Assembly (NCBI GenBank): GCA_002269645.1
Contig: NIVC01003416.1
Span: 1 to 64,000 of the forward strand
Source of the DNA: Macrostomum lignano
Taxonomy: Eukaryota
Reading direction: 5' to 3'
Length of the DNA stretch: 64,000 nucleotides
The notes under the pieces were generated by a model. It did no database searches, had not been told where the DNA came from, and worked only from the letters and a program-made list of their open reading frames with translations. Position numbers and translations under genes: made by a program. Below, one piece after another: positions 35,360-47,998 of the stretch (positions within the stretch are counted from its first letter, which is position 1; each line of letters starts with the position of its first letter).

Positions 35360-38235
35360 CGACCAGTTGACTCAGAGACTCGGACACATCAAAGGAGTTC
35401 AGCACAGGCCGCGAGTCAATCCCGCGGTGCAACCGACTGCTCAACCGTTGCGCAGAGTGCCGCTCAGCCTAAGAGATTCGGTTCAAAAGGAGATCGACCA
35501 GCTGCTGCAGCAAGGCATCATCGAGGAGGTCGACGCCTCGGACTGGGTGTCAAACCTAGTCGTGGTGCCAAAGACGAACGGCTCGATCCGGATCTGCAAC
35601 GACCTGAGAGGCCCAAACAAGAGCATCATACCGGACAGATACCCACTTCCGACGTTTGAGGAGCTCTCCGCCGAGTTTGCCGGGTCGCGATGCTTCTCCA
35701 AGTTGGACCTGAATTCGTCTTACCTGCAACTGAGTTGGCCGAGGACTGCAGAAATCTGACGACGTTCGTGACGGAGCGAGGCCTATATCGATATCGCAGG
35801 GTGTGCTTCGGCCTGAGTAGTGCACCGGCTGCGTTCCAGAAGGTGATGGCTAAGATCCTCAGTGGCATCAAAGGCGCAGTGCACTTTATTGACGACATCG
35901 TAGTGCACGCGGCATGAAGAGAAGAGCACGACAAGCGCCTGTTCAAGGTGCTGCAAGCTGTGAAGTGACGCACAACGTGACTATCAATACGGGCAAGTGC
36001 ACCTGGCGCCAGGACAAGGTCAATTTCCTAGGCTATGAGCTGAGCGCTTCTGGAGTCCGCCCGCTGCAGTCACACGTCGAAGCTATCGAGAAGGTACAGC
36101 CGCCAACGAACACCAAGGAAGTGGCTGCGTTTCTAGGCGTCGTGAAGTACTTCGGCAACTTCATTCCCAGCCTCTCCAGCACGGCGGAGCCCCTCATGAA
36201 ACTGCTGAGGAAGGACGAGTCGTGAAAGTGGACCAGTGAGTGCCAGCAGGCTTTTGAGCAGCTGAAGGCAGGAGTGTGCAAGCCACCTTGCCTCAAGTTT
36301 TTCGAGGCAGATCAGCCGATCATCGTCAGCTGCGACAGCTCAGCATCAGCTCTCGGTGCGATGCTCCTCCAGCAAGACTCCGACGGCCAGTGGCACCCGG
36401 TTGCCTTTGCGAGCCGAACTCTGAGTGCTACGGAGCGCCGCTACTCGGCGAGCGAGAGGGAAGCCCTGGCCTGCATCTTCGCCTGTGAGCGCTTCTTCCT
36501 TTACGGCCGACGGTTCGAGCTCCACACCGATCACCAGGCTCTCACCACGCTGCTGTCAGCATCTGGGAGCGGGTATCGTCAAGTACGTCCCGGGTGCCAA
36601 GAACATCGTGCCCGACTTTCTGTCGCGCTGCCAGGACACGGCCGAGCCGACAGAAGGCGATGCAACGGACGATCTGGAAGTCCAGAGAGTGCTCCTGGCG
36701 GAGGCGCTGACCGTGGTCACCGAGGATGAACTGGCCGAGGCAACTTCAAAGGACGAGCTCCTGGTACGAGTCGCTGAGTTCACAGTTGCCGGTTGGTCGG
36801 ACAAGAAAAAACTATGAGCGCCTGCTGCCCTTCTGGAGTGTCAGGAACGAACTGACTGTCTGGAGCAACGGCAGGTGCTTGGCCATGGGAACTCGCGCCG
36901 TTATACCGGAAGAACTGCGTCAGGGAGTGCTCGACTTAGCGCATCAAGGTCACAAGATGGTCAGCAGAACCAAGCATCACTGCCGAGACACCGCGTGGTG
37001 GCCCAAAATGGACAGCGACATCTCTCGACCTCTCGGTTCGTCAGCAGCTGTTCTGCGTGTACCCTCAGTGAAAAGAGCTTCAAGCCGCATCGGACAGTGC
37101 TGACCCCGACCGAGTGGCCCAAGGAACCGTGGACAGAATTGCAGATCGACTTGTTTGGAGAGCTGCACGAGGGTGCACCACAGAACTGCCGCTTCATACT
37201 CGGTGTACACGACCTGCATTCAAAGTGGCCCTAACTGGTCTGCCTCTCTTCAGCGACATCTGCGACTATTATAAAGAGTCTCATGGCGCTGTTTTGTCGC
37301 TGGGGCATTCCGCGCGTAATCACCACCGATGGAGGACCCCAGTTCGTCTCCCAGGAGTTCAACGACTTCCTAAAGTCAAAGAGGGCTTGAAGAGCCACCT
37401 TCAGGACGACTACTCGTTCCTGGAAGCGGTGCAGTCCATCCTGTGGGCGTGCCGATCGACACCGCATGCGCTGACCGGCGTGACGCCAGCGGAGCTAATG
37501 CTTGGCCGCAAGATCACCACGCCGCTGTGGACGCTGCAGCCGAGGCGATCGACTCAGAAGCACCCACTGGCCGATCAGATCCAGGAGCGGCAGAGACGGC
37601 AGTTCAAGCGGCTCAACAGATCCCGGCAGCCGCCGCGCCAATTCCGGGTCGGCGACCTGGTGCGAGTGCGATCTCCACGGATGCGAGGCAAGCTGCAGAG
37701 CCACGTGTCACCACCTCTACGGGTCAGCGACATCATCAGCCTGACGATCGTCATGTTAGAGGACGGCTCAAGGTGGCACACCAGCCTCTGTATGCCTCAT
37801 GCGGAGCCCGAGGGTGCCAGCACGCCTTCGGCAACGGCAATGCCGCCACAGCCGCCAGTGGCTGCGGAGCCGGCAGCGCCAGAAGGCCCGACGGACCCGC
37901 TGCCGGCGACCGCTGAGGCCGACGCAGAGCTGCGGCGCAGTACGCGACTGCGGGCACCGCCGTTGTGGTACGGCCAGGTCGTGACGCACTGATTGGTAGC
38001 TGTGATGGGAATTAGTGACTGTTAAGGAGGAGGGTGAATGTTGTAAAGTGAGTTTACTCACTGGCTCGTTCTGCTAGTTAGTGATTAGGGGTTAAGGAAT
38101 GCGATGTACTTGCGCACTCTGATTTTATATGTACATGCGTTCCTGATTAAATATAAAAGTAACTCCACCCTTCGTGGGAGAGTTCGATTTTGTTTTCTGG
38201 ACTAAATCTGACTGGCTTGTCTCTCGCTCACTACA
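35360..38235 (+). mobile_element. pol: Degenerate 5'-truncated Ty3/gypsy LTR retrotransposon (RT-RNaseH-integrase order) with 3' LTR
   Basis: RT: VVPK.NG.IRIC.DLR, FSKLDL, HFIDDIVV. RNaseH: DSSASALGAML, YSASEREALA, TDHQAL. Integrase: HQGH..C..C, QIDLFG, TDGGPQF. Split over frames by stops, frameshifts and deletions. No gag, protease or 5' LTR seen. Confidence 0.92.
38039..38235 (+). repeat. 3' LTR of the gypsy element (about 197 bp)
   Basis: Purine tract aaggaggagggtgaa is immediately followed by TGTTGT...ACTACA termini. Confidence 0.7.
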
Positions 38236-38405
38236 CATAGCAACCATCCCAGTGCCAGTAGCTTTCCATAGCAACCATCACGGTACGAGTAGCTTTCCGT
38301 AGCAACCATCCCGGTACGAAAACCTTTCCATAGCAACCATACCTTTCCATAGCAACCGTACCTTTCTATAGCAACCATTCCGGTACTAGTAGTTTCCCAG
38401 AGCAA
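38236..38405. repeat. Short array (t)ttccatagcaaccat...
   Basis: About 6 units abutting the LTR. Confidence 0.8.
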
Positions 38406-39129
38406 CAATTCAACAAGAAACAGTATATTTTAGCTCGGATTTTTTCAAATAAAATAAATACCATTAGAGACATACTACGCACGAGGAACTAGCTCGTAAC
38501 AGAAAACTTACTCAATAGATATTACAACTGGCTACATCAAGATAATAAAATAGAAGAGATGTATAATCACGTAGATATTACGCAACCGTACCCTCCCTCA
38601 TTTTTGCATTACGCTAATTAGACATTAGACAGTGAAGATAATTGGCATGTGCCGCTAACACGCGGATGGGCGCAGCTGTCCAGATACTAAGCCAGCACAA
38701 TAGGGCCCATATATAGGTATCCTTGGAGTGGCAAGATGCCCATTGCTCAGATTGTGGGCGACTGACTTTATCATATACTGACTCAAGCCACCGTGTGTGT
38801 TAAGAGTTTCTCCTTTGTGAATGAGAAATTGCCCGGAGCACGGATGACCTGCCGCTCCTTTGACTTTATCATCTCATTCCAACTGCTTTGGCAAGCATTG
38901 ACAAGCTCCGATGTGAACCTGTGATCCAATCAAACTGACCAGTCAACCTTAATCATCAAGAGGGGAGATCGTGAAAAACAACTGCTTGCTGCTGGTTCTC
39001 TGTTGTTGCTTTCGTTACTAGGGTGGATTTGGTTTCTAAATATGCGGCAAAAGCAGATTTTTTAGTCAGGGGACAACAGAAGGAGAACAACAGAGAGAGT
39101 AGAGAAGCATCTAGCGATTGATCTAAGAC

Positions 39130-39600
39130 CCTGTTGGGGGCGCTTGTGGAGATGCTGTTGGGGTGCTGTAGGGATGCTGTTGAGATGCTGTTGGGGTGCT
39201 GTGGGGGTGCTGTTGAGATGCTTTTAGGGTGCTGTGGGGGTGCTGTTGAGATGCTGTTGGGGTGCTGTGGGGGTGCTGTTGAGATGCTGTTGGGGTGCTG
39301 TGGGGGTGCTGTTGAGATGCTGTTGGGGTGCTGTAGGGATGCTGTTGAGATGCTTTTGGGGCGCTGTGGGGGTACTGTTAAGATGCTTTTGGGGATGCTG
39401 TTGGGGTGCTGTAGGGGATGCTGTAGGGGTGCTGTTGTGGTGCTGTTGGGGTGCTGTTGGGGTGCTGCTGGGGTGCTGTTGGGGTTGCCGTTGGGGTGCT
39501 ATTGTGGTGCTGTTGAGGTGCTATAAGAGTTGCTGCTGTTGGGGTGGCATAGGGGATTCTCTAGGGATGCTGCTGGGGTGCTGTAGGAGATGCTGTAGGG
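39130..39600. repeat. G/T-rich minisatellite ggggtgctgttgagatgctgtt
   Basis: Tandem periodicity. Confidence 0.9.
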
Positions 39601-40247
39601 GTCTGTGAAGAGATCTATTTGGGTCCGATAGAGGCGGTGCTGTAAGACGCCAAAAAACCAGATGCAGAACCGGCCGCAGCTGACAGCCAACATGCACCGC
39701 CAATTGACGTCAGAAAAAACCACAGTTGAATAATTTCGCAGGCTCTGCCGACTCAAAGCTGGCAAAGAGGAGGACATTAATTTGGAATCCGGCCAGTCTC
39801 TGCTGACAGGTGCGAATTCGGTAATTAACTGATTCTGAAAATTCTGAAGAAATCCTGATGCGGTGTTAGGCTGTTCGACTGACAGCCTCTCAATCCAGTG
39901 CCTGGTAATTTCCCAAAGGAGCGGGGGCAGAACAAATCCCTTTGCTTGGGAAAAAAACTCAGTTCGTTAATCCGCGCAAGTTGCCATGCAGCAACCTGTC
40001 AAAGCCTCCCTCTTAAGGACAGAATTTTAATCTAAATGCTGAGGTGACAGTCTTTTTTGTGACTTACGTGTAAATCTGTGAAGGATTAGTGAGGGAAAGC
40101 CTTGCAGTTATTAATTGACAATGTGGAGCTCTGCTAGTCAAAGGAGATTGAACTGCTTTGATGCACTAAAATACATTTTTCACCTGACAGGAACATCGAA
40201 AATACAAAAACATTTTTTTGCTGAAAAACGTATGCACTAGAATCCTG

Positions 40248-41320
40248 CTAGCCTGCTGACATCATTCACTGACATCCAGCTGGATTGCTGAAATCATTCA
40301 CTGACATCTAGCTAGACTGCTGAAATCATTCACTGACATCCAGCTGGACTGCTGACATCATTCACTGACATCCAGCTGGACTGCTGACATCATTCACTGA
40401 CATCCAGCTGGATTGCTGAAATCATTCACTGACATCTAGCTAGACTGCTGAAATCATTCACTGACATCCAGCTGGACTGCTGACATCATTCACTGACATC
40501 CAGCTGGACTGCTGACATCATTCACTGACATCCAGCTAGACTGCTGACATCATTCACTGACATCCAGCTAGACTGCTGACATCATTCACTGACATCCAGC
40601 TAGCCTGCTAACATCATTCACTGACATCCAGCTGGACTGCTGACATCATTCACTGACATCCAGCTGGACTGCTGACATCATTCACTGACATCCAGCTAGA
40701 CTGCTGACATCATTCACTGACATCCAGCTAGACTGCTGACATCATTCACTGACATCCAGCTAGACTGCTGACATCATTCACTGACATCCAGCTAGCCTGC
40801 TAACATCATTCACTGACATCCAGCTGGACTGCTGACATCATTCACTGACATCCAGCTGGACTGCTGACATCATTCACTGACATCCAGCTAGACTGCTGAC
40901 ATCATTCACTGACATCCAGCTAGACTGCTGACATCATTCACTGACATCCAGCTAGCCTGCTGACATCATTCACTGACATCCAGCTGGACTGCTGACATCA
41001 TTCACTGACATCCAGCTGGACTGCTGACATCATTCACTGACATCCAGCTAGCCTGCTGACATCATTCACTGACATCCAGCTGGATTGCTGAAATCATTCA
41101 CTGACATCCAGCTAGACTGCTGACATCATTCACTGACATCCAGCTAGCCTGCTGACATCATTCACTGACATCCAGCTAGACTGCTGACATCATTCACTGA
41201 CATCCAGCTAGACTGCTGACATCATTCACTGACATCCAGCTAGACTGCTGATATCATTCACTGACATCCAGCTGGACTGCTGAAATCATTCACTGACATC
41301 CAGCTGGACTGCTGAAATCA
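40248..41320. repeat. 32-bp minisatellite GCTGACATCATTCACTGACATCCAGCT(A/G)GACT
   Basis: About 33 units. Confidence 0.97.
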
Positions 41321-41921
41321 TGGTTTTTATACCGGTAGATACTTTATTAGCGAAAGTAATTTAAAAATTCTCCGGACTGTCTACTTGATAAGTAGTATGA
41401 TGCAGCCAATTTTTCTTTTAATAAATTATTGTTTATATTCGAAGAAAATCAGAGCAAATTCTGAATGACAGGCTGCCATTTTCTAATCGATGAAGGAGCC
41501 GAGTGCATGGGATTTCGCGCCCTGTGTGGGGAAACTTTTTAAAACGGTCAGACTGGCATCCCGCTGATAAAAGAAGAAGACTGTGCTGCAGCTATCAGCT
41601 TGAAGAAGGCTATCTTTCAGTTTTGACGTGGCTCAGAACAGCGCACTGGACTGAGCTGGCTTGCTTCATTAGCATTCCGTCCACGGTTGTCGGTTTTTGT
41701 TTAAATTTGTGTGCCCGGAATTCCGTCAAGTGGAGGGCGTCAAGGGGGATTTTATTCAAAGGACTTTAACTGAAGGCGGACTCCGTTGAGTAGCTGGGTT
41801 TCCTGACCGAAAAAAAAACAGTAAACAGGATTTGTTTAGTCCGAGAAAGTTTGAAATCTTTTGCTTCCTACGAAAATTAAAGTCGTGAAAATATTGAAAC
41901 CGTCATTAACATTCAAGTTTA

Positions 41922-43470
41922 GGATTCAAGGACACTGGGGGAGCGAAGAGGCGGATTCAAGGACACTGAGGGAGCGGAGAGGTGGATTCAAGGACACTGA
42001 GGGAGTGGAGAGGCGGATTCAAGGACACTGAGGGAGTGGAGAGGTGGATTCAAGGACACTGAGGGAGCGAAGAGGTGGATTCAAGGACACTGAGGGAGTG
42101 GAGAGGTAGATTCAAGGACACTGAGGGAGCGAAGAGGTGGATTCAAGGACACTGAGGGAGCGGAGAGGTGGATTCAAGGACACTGAGGGAGCGAAGAGGC
42201 GGATTCAAGGACACTGAGGGAGTGGAGGTGGATTCAAGGACACTGAGGGAGCAAAGAGGTGGATTCAAGGACACTGAGGGAGCGGAGAGGTGGATTCAAG
42301 GACACTGAGGGAGCGAAGAGGCGGATTCAAGGACACTGAGGGAGCGGAGAGGCGGATTCAAGGACACTGAGGGAGCGGAGAGGCGGATTCAAGGACACTG
42401 AGGGAGTGGAGAGGCGGATTCAAGGACACTGAGGGAGCGAAGAGGCGGATTCAAGGACACTGAGGGAGCGAAGAGGCGGATTCAAGGACACTGAGGGAGC
42501 GGAGAGGCGGATTCAAGGACACTGAGGGAGCGGAGAGGCGGATTCAAGGACACTGAGGGAGTGGAGAGGCGGATTCAAGGACACTGAGGGAGCGAAGAGG
42601 CGGATTCAAGGACACTGAGGGAGCGAAGAGGCGGATTCAAGGACACTGAGGGAGCGGGTGGATTCAAGGACACTGAGGGAGCGGAGAGGCGGATTCAAGG
42701 ACACTGAGGGAGCGAAGAGGCGGATTCAAGGACACTGAGGGAGCGAAGAGGCGGATTCAAGGACACTGAGGGAGCGGAGAGGCGGATTCAAGGACACTGA
42801 GGGAGCGGAGAGGCGGATTCAAGGACATTGAGGGAGTGGAGAGGCGGATTCAAGGACACTGAGGGAGCGAAGAGGCGGATTCAAGGACACTGAGGGAGCG
42901 AAGAGGCGGATTCAAGGACACTGAGGGAGCGGAGAGGCGGATTCAAGGACACTGAGGGAGCGGAGAGGCGGATTCAAGGACACTGAGGGAGTGGAGAGGC
43001 GGATTCAAGGACACTGAGGGAGCGAAGAGGCGGATTCAAGGACACTGAGGGAGCGAAGAGGCGGATTCAAGGACACTGAGGGAGCGGGTGGATTCAAGGA
43101 CACTGAGGGAGCGGAGAGGCGGATTCAAGGACACTGAGGGAGCTTGGAGAGGCGGATTCAAGGACACTGAGGGAGCGGAGAGGCGGATTCAAGGATACTG
43201 AGGGAGCGGAGAGGCGGATTCAAGGACACTGAGGGAGCTTGGAGAGGCGGATTCAAGGACACTGAGGGAGTGGAGAGGCGGATTCAAGGACACTGAGGGA
43301 GCTTGGAGAGGCGGATTCAAGGACACTGAGGGAGCGGAGAGGCGGATTCAAGGACACTGTTGGAGCGGAGAGGTGGATTCAAGGACACTGAGGGAGCGGA
43401 GAGGCGGATTCAAGGACACCGAGGGAGCGGAGAGGTGGATTCAAGGACACCGAAGGAGAGGCGAAGAGGC
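41922..43470 (+). repeat. 31-bp satellite GGATTCAAGGACACTGAGGGAGCGGAGAGGC (left arm)
   Basis: About 50 units. Confidence 0.97.
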
Positions 43471-43937
43471 AGATTGATAGCTCAGCCATCAGAAGCTCTC
43501 CTTGGGACTCGAATGACAGAGGTTGTAAAACTTTTCACAGGCAAAATCAAGACTGACAGCTGCTGACAAATGGTTATGAGTTTATGTTAAAAAGAGATTA
43601 CGTTAAAATGAAAACAAATAGCTAGGGCGTTGAGTGACGGCCGAACCTTCGGAGACGCAGAATGAATGTGCTTCTCACTCCGTCCTGCGTCTCTCAGAGC
43701 CCTCCCATTGGGCAGCTAATAAGTCTGCTTCTCAGCAGCCCCCATGCCCTGCTAACAAAAGCCGCATGCAGCAGCTTCCAGGCGTCAATCACAGTTCTCG
43801 AACAGATCGAGTGAGGTCTCTGCTGAGCTCTCAAAGCTCTCGGATTCGAGTTTTGCAAGATAGACCACTTTAAAATTTATAACCAACCTCTGCGATTTGA
43901 AAAGTGAGTCTCGACTGAGTTCGCTAAGTTTGAAACG

Positions 43938-44580
43938 GGGTCCTGGAATCCGCCTCTCCGCTCCCTCAGTGTCCTTGAATCCGCCTCTCCGCTCCCTCAG
44001 TGTCCTTGAATCCGCCTCTCCGCTCCTCAGTGTCCTTGAATCCGCCTCTCCGCTCCTCAGTGTCCTTGAATCCGCCTCTCCGCTCCCTCAGTGTCCTTGA
44101 ATCCGCCTCTCCGCTCCCTCAGTGTCCTTGAATCCGCCTCTCCGCTCCCTCAGTGTCCTTGAATCCGCCTCTCCGCTCCCTCAGTGTCCTTGAATCCGCC
44201 TCTTCGCTCCCCCAGTATCCTTGAATCCTCCTCTCCGCTCCCTCAGTGTCCTGGAATCCTCCTCTCCGCTCCCTCAGTGTCCTTGAATCCGCCTCTCCGC
44301 TCCCTCAGTGTCCTTGAATCCGCCTCTTCGCTCCCTCAGTGTCCTTGAATCCGCCTCTCCGCTCCCTCAGTGTCCTTGAATCCGCCTCTCCGCTCCCTCA
44401 GTGTCCTTGAATCCGCCTCTCCGCTCCCTCAGTGTCCTTGAATCCGCCTCTCCGCTCCCTCAGTGTCCTTGAATCCGCCTCTCCGCTCCCCCAGTGTCCT
44501 TGAATCCGCCTCTCCGCTTCCTCGGTGTCCTTGAATCCGCCTCTCCGCTCCCTCAGTGTCCTTGAATCTGCTTCTTGAAT
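43938..44580 (-). repeat. Same 31-bp satellite in inverted orientation (right arm)
   Basis: gcctctccgctccctcagtgtccttgaatcc is the reverse complement of the left-arm unit; about 20 units. Confidence 0.97.
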
Positions 44581-44649
44581 CGTTTCACTATACAAACAAC
44601 ACATCAGATCAAAATTCCCTTCAAAGTCGATGAACTCATCAACACTCAG

Positions 44650-47030
44650 ATGTCGAATTCCCCCGCCGCAATTTCTGCCGGAACTTTGCTACCGCCAGTG
44701 ACGGTGGATCCAATGCAGCACCACCGGATGCACCTGGCAACCAGCGTGATGGCCTTCTACCTCACCGGCTGCCTGTCAATCTTTGGCATCATCGGCAACC
44801 TGCTGTCCCTCGTGGTGCTGCAGCAGGCCAACAAGAGGCGCCGGTGCCCCCTGTTCACCATCCTGTCCGCCCTGTGCGTCGTCGACGCCGTCTTCATTCT
44901 AGGAAACTTTCTGGTCAACGTACTTGGCGTGTTCTATGAGTACCATCAGGTGCGCTGTGAACTTTAATAAATGGCGTTATGTGTAGTAAACCAACCAACT
45001 TCCTTTGCATACCCACTTCTGAGTAGACTCCATATATGGCTGCAGCGACCCTAACATGAACCCTGAATGAACCCTAAATCAAGCCTAAATCAACCCTGAA
45101 TCAACCCTGAATCAACCCTGAATTAATATTGAGTCAATCCTGAACCAATCCTGAATCAATCCTGAATCAACCCTAAATCAATATTGAATGAATCCTGAAT
45201 GAATCCTGAATCAATCCTGAATCAATCATGAATCAATCCTGAATCAATCCTGAATCAACCCTGAATCAATATTGACTCAATCCTGAACCAATCCTGAATC
45301 AATCCTGAATCAACCCTGAATCAATATTGAATCAATCCTGAATCAATATTGAATCAATCCTGAATCAATATTGAATCAATCCTGAACCAATCCTGAATCA
45401 ATCCTGAATCAATATTGAATCAATCCTGAATCAATCCTGAATCAACCCTGAATCAATATTGAATCAATCCTGAATCAATATTGAATCAATCCTGAATCAA
45501 TCCTGAATCAATCCTGAATCAATCCTGAATTAATATTGACTCAATCCTGAACCAATCCTGAATCAATCCTGAATCAACCCTGAATCAATCCTGAATCAAT
45601 CCTGAATCAATCTTGAATCAATCCTGAATCAAGCCGGAAATCCGACATTAATGAACCGCACCGCAGGTGGCCAGCCAGCCGCTGTACTACCTGTACCTGA
45701 CCAGGGGCTACACTGTGAAGTATGTGATGCCAATCTGCTACACGATGCAGCTGGCTTCAATCTATATCACTCTGCTGGTGTCGTTCGAGCGCTACTGTGC
45801 CGTCTGCCGGCCGCTGACAGCCGCCCTGGACGAGCCGCCGTCCGGACGGACCGTGGTTCGAAACCTGCTGCTGGTAGTTGTGTTCAGCGCAGTCTACAAC
45901 GCGCCGAAATACTTCGAACAGGTGGTGGTGGCCCGGCCGGTGGGCAGCGAGCAGCCCAGTCCGGAGCGGCAGGAGCTGCTCATCAATCGGTCCATTGAGC
46001 TGTTCGGCTGCTTTCAGGTGGGCGGCGTCCTGCGCTGATACAAGCGGCCTATCGATGAGGGTCATCGCCAGTTAGTCAGGGTCGTTCACCAGTTTATCGG
46101 GGGCGCTCATACAAGAGCTGGGTCAAACCAGATCGGTCAGTGGGTCACACCAGGTTAGTCAGGGGTCACACCAAGTCAGCCGGGGGGTCACACCAATTGA
46201 GTCGGGGGTCAAACCAAGTCAGTCGAGGGGGGTCATACCAAGTGAGTAGGGGGGTCACGCCAAGTGAGTCGGGGGGTCACACCAAGTCAGTCCCGCTGCC
46301 GCCCCCGCAGGCCAGCCCAGACTGTGCCCCGCTAAAGTACACCTACGAGCCGGCGCCCTGGCTGGTCACCGGGGCTGAGGGCTCGACCGGCGCCGATCAC
46401 CAGACCGGCAACGAAACGTCGGACGCCGCCGCCAGCGCCAGCCTGTACGAGATCGCCTACAACGGCGTGATGTACACGGTGTTCTATTTCGTAGTTCCGG
46501 TCTCGGCCATCACAGTGATGAACCTTCGCATCGCGGCATCGCTCAGACGCAGCGTCAAAGCCTGGAGACGCAGCGTCGGGCGCCGTTACGAGAAGGAGGC
46601 GCAGCTGACCTACGTGTCACTGGCCATTGTGCTGTGCTACTACCTGCTCATGCTGCCCAATGTCACTCTGACCGCTCTGGACGTTCTAGGAAAGTCGCGC
46701 TACGGCGAGAGGAACGCAATGCAGCTGACCATCGCGGCTACGAACTTCTTGGTGCTGATCAACTCCTGCCTGAACTTCCTGCTCTACTGCGTGATCGGGG
46801 AGCGATTCCGGGCCGGTCTGCGCCAGCTGCTCAGCTGCGGCCGAGGCGGCGGCGGCGGGCAGAGGCGGCACCAAGCGGAGCAGCTGCTGCAGCAGCCGGC
46901 GATGGCGACCGGGTCCGCGGCCAGACGGAAGCGACAGGCAGCGGCGGTGGCGGCGGAGCTGCTGGAGATACCGGAGCGGCAGCGACTTCGCCAGACAATG
47001 GAGCGGACCGAGCGAGTGACTGTGGTCTGA
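44650..47030 (+). CDS. Class A (rhodopsin-like) peptide GPCR, FMRFamide/sex-peptide-receptor-like; exons 44650-44949, 45667-46017, 46311-47030 (about 456 aa)
   Basis: All junctions are phase 0 with GT-AG. TM1 GIIGNLLSLVVL, TM2 LCVVDAVF, TM3 SIYITLLVSFERYCAVCRP, TM4 YNAPKYFE, TM5 YFVVP, TM6 YYLLMLP, TM7 INSCLNFLLYC..FR. Long ECL2. Confidence 0.9.
45055..45632. repeat. 11-bp minisatellite CTGAATCAATC (GPCR intron 1)
   Basis: Tandem periodicity. Confidence 0.95.
46135..46292. repeat. About 20-bp array ggggtcacaccaagtcag (GPCR intron 2)
   Basis: Degenerate tandem units. Confidence 0.75.
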
Positions 47031-47998
47031 GCGAGTGACTGTGGTCTGAGCGAGTGACTGTATTGTCTGAGCGAGTGACTGTGGTCTGAGCGAGTGACTG
47101 TGGTCTGAGCGAGTGACTGTATTGTCTGAGCGAGTGACTGTGGTCTGAGCGAGTGACTGTATTGTCTGAGCGAGTGACTGTGTGGTCTGAGCGAGTGACT
47201 GTGGTCTGAGCGAGTGACTGTGGTCTGAGCGAGTGACTGTGGTCTGAGCGAGTGACTGTGGTTTGAGCGAGTGACTGTGGTCTGAGCGAGTGACTGTATT
47301 GTCTGAGCGAGTGACTGTGGTCTGAGAGAGTGACTGTGGTCTGAGCGAGTGACTGTGGTCTGAGCGAGTGACTGTGTTGTCTGAGCGAGTGACTGTGTGG
47401 TCTGAGCGAGTGACTGTATTGTCTGAGCGAGTGACTGTGTTGTCTGAGCGAGTGACTGTATTGTCTGAGCGAGTGACTGTATTGTCTAAGCGAGTGACTT
47501 TGTTGTCTGAGCGAGTGACTGTATTGTCTGAGCGAGTGACTGTATTGTCTGAGCGAGTGACTGTATTGTCTGAGCGAGTGACTGTATTGTCTGAGCGAGT
47601 GACTTTGTTGTCTGAGCGAGTGACTGTGGTCTGAGCGAGTGACTGTATTGTCTGAGCGAGTGACTGTATTGTCTGAGCGAGTGACTGTGGTCTGAGAGAT
47701 TGACTGTATTGTCTAAGCGAGTGACTGTATTGTCTGAGCGAGTGACTGTATTGTCTGAGCGAGTGACTGTGGTCTGAGAGAGTGACTGTATTGTTTGAGC
47801 GAGTGACTGTATTGTCTGAACGAGTGACTGTGTTGTCTGAGCGAGTGACTGTATTGTCTGAGCGAGTGACTGTATTGTCTGAGCGAGTGACTGTGGTCTG
47901 AGAGAGTGACTGTATTGTTTGAGCGAGTGACTGTATTGTCTGAACGAGTGACTGTGTTGTCTGAGCGAGTGACTGTATTGTCTGAACGAGTGACTGTA
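47010..47998 (+). repeat. 19/22-bp minisatellite GAGCGAGTGACTGT(GG/ATTG)TCT overlapping the GPCR stop codon
   Basis: The first unit begins inside the CDS. Confidence 0.96.
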
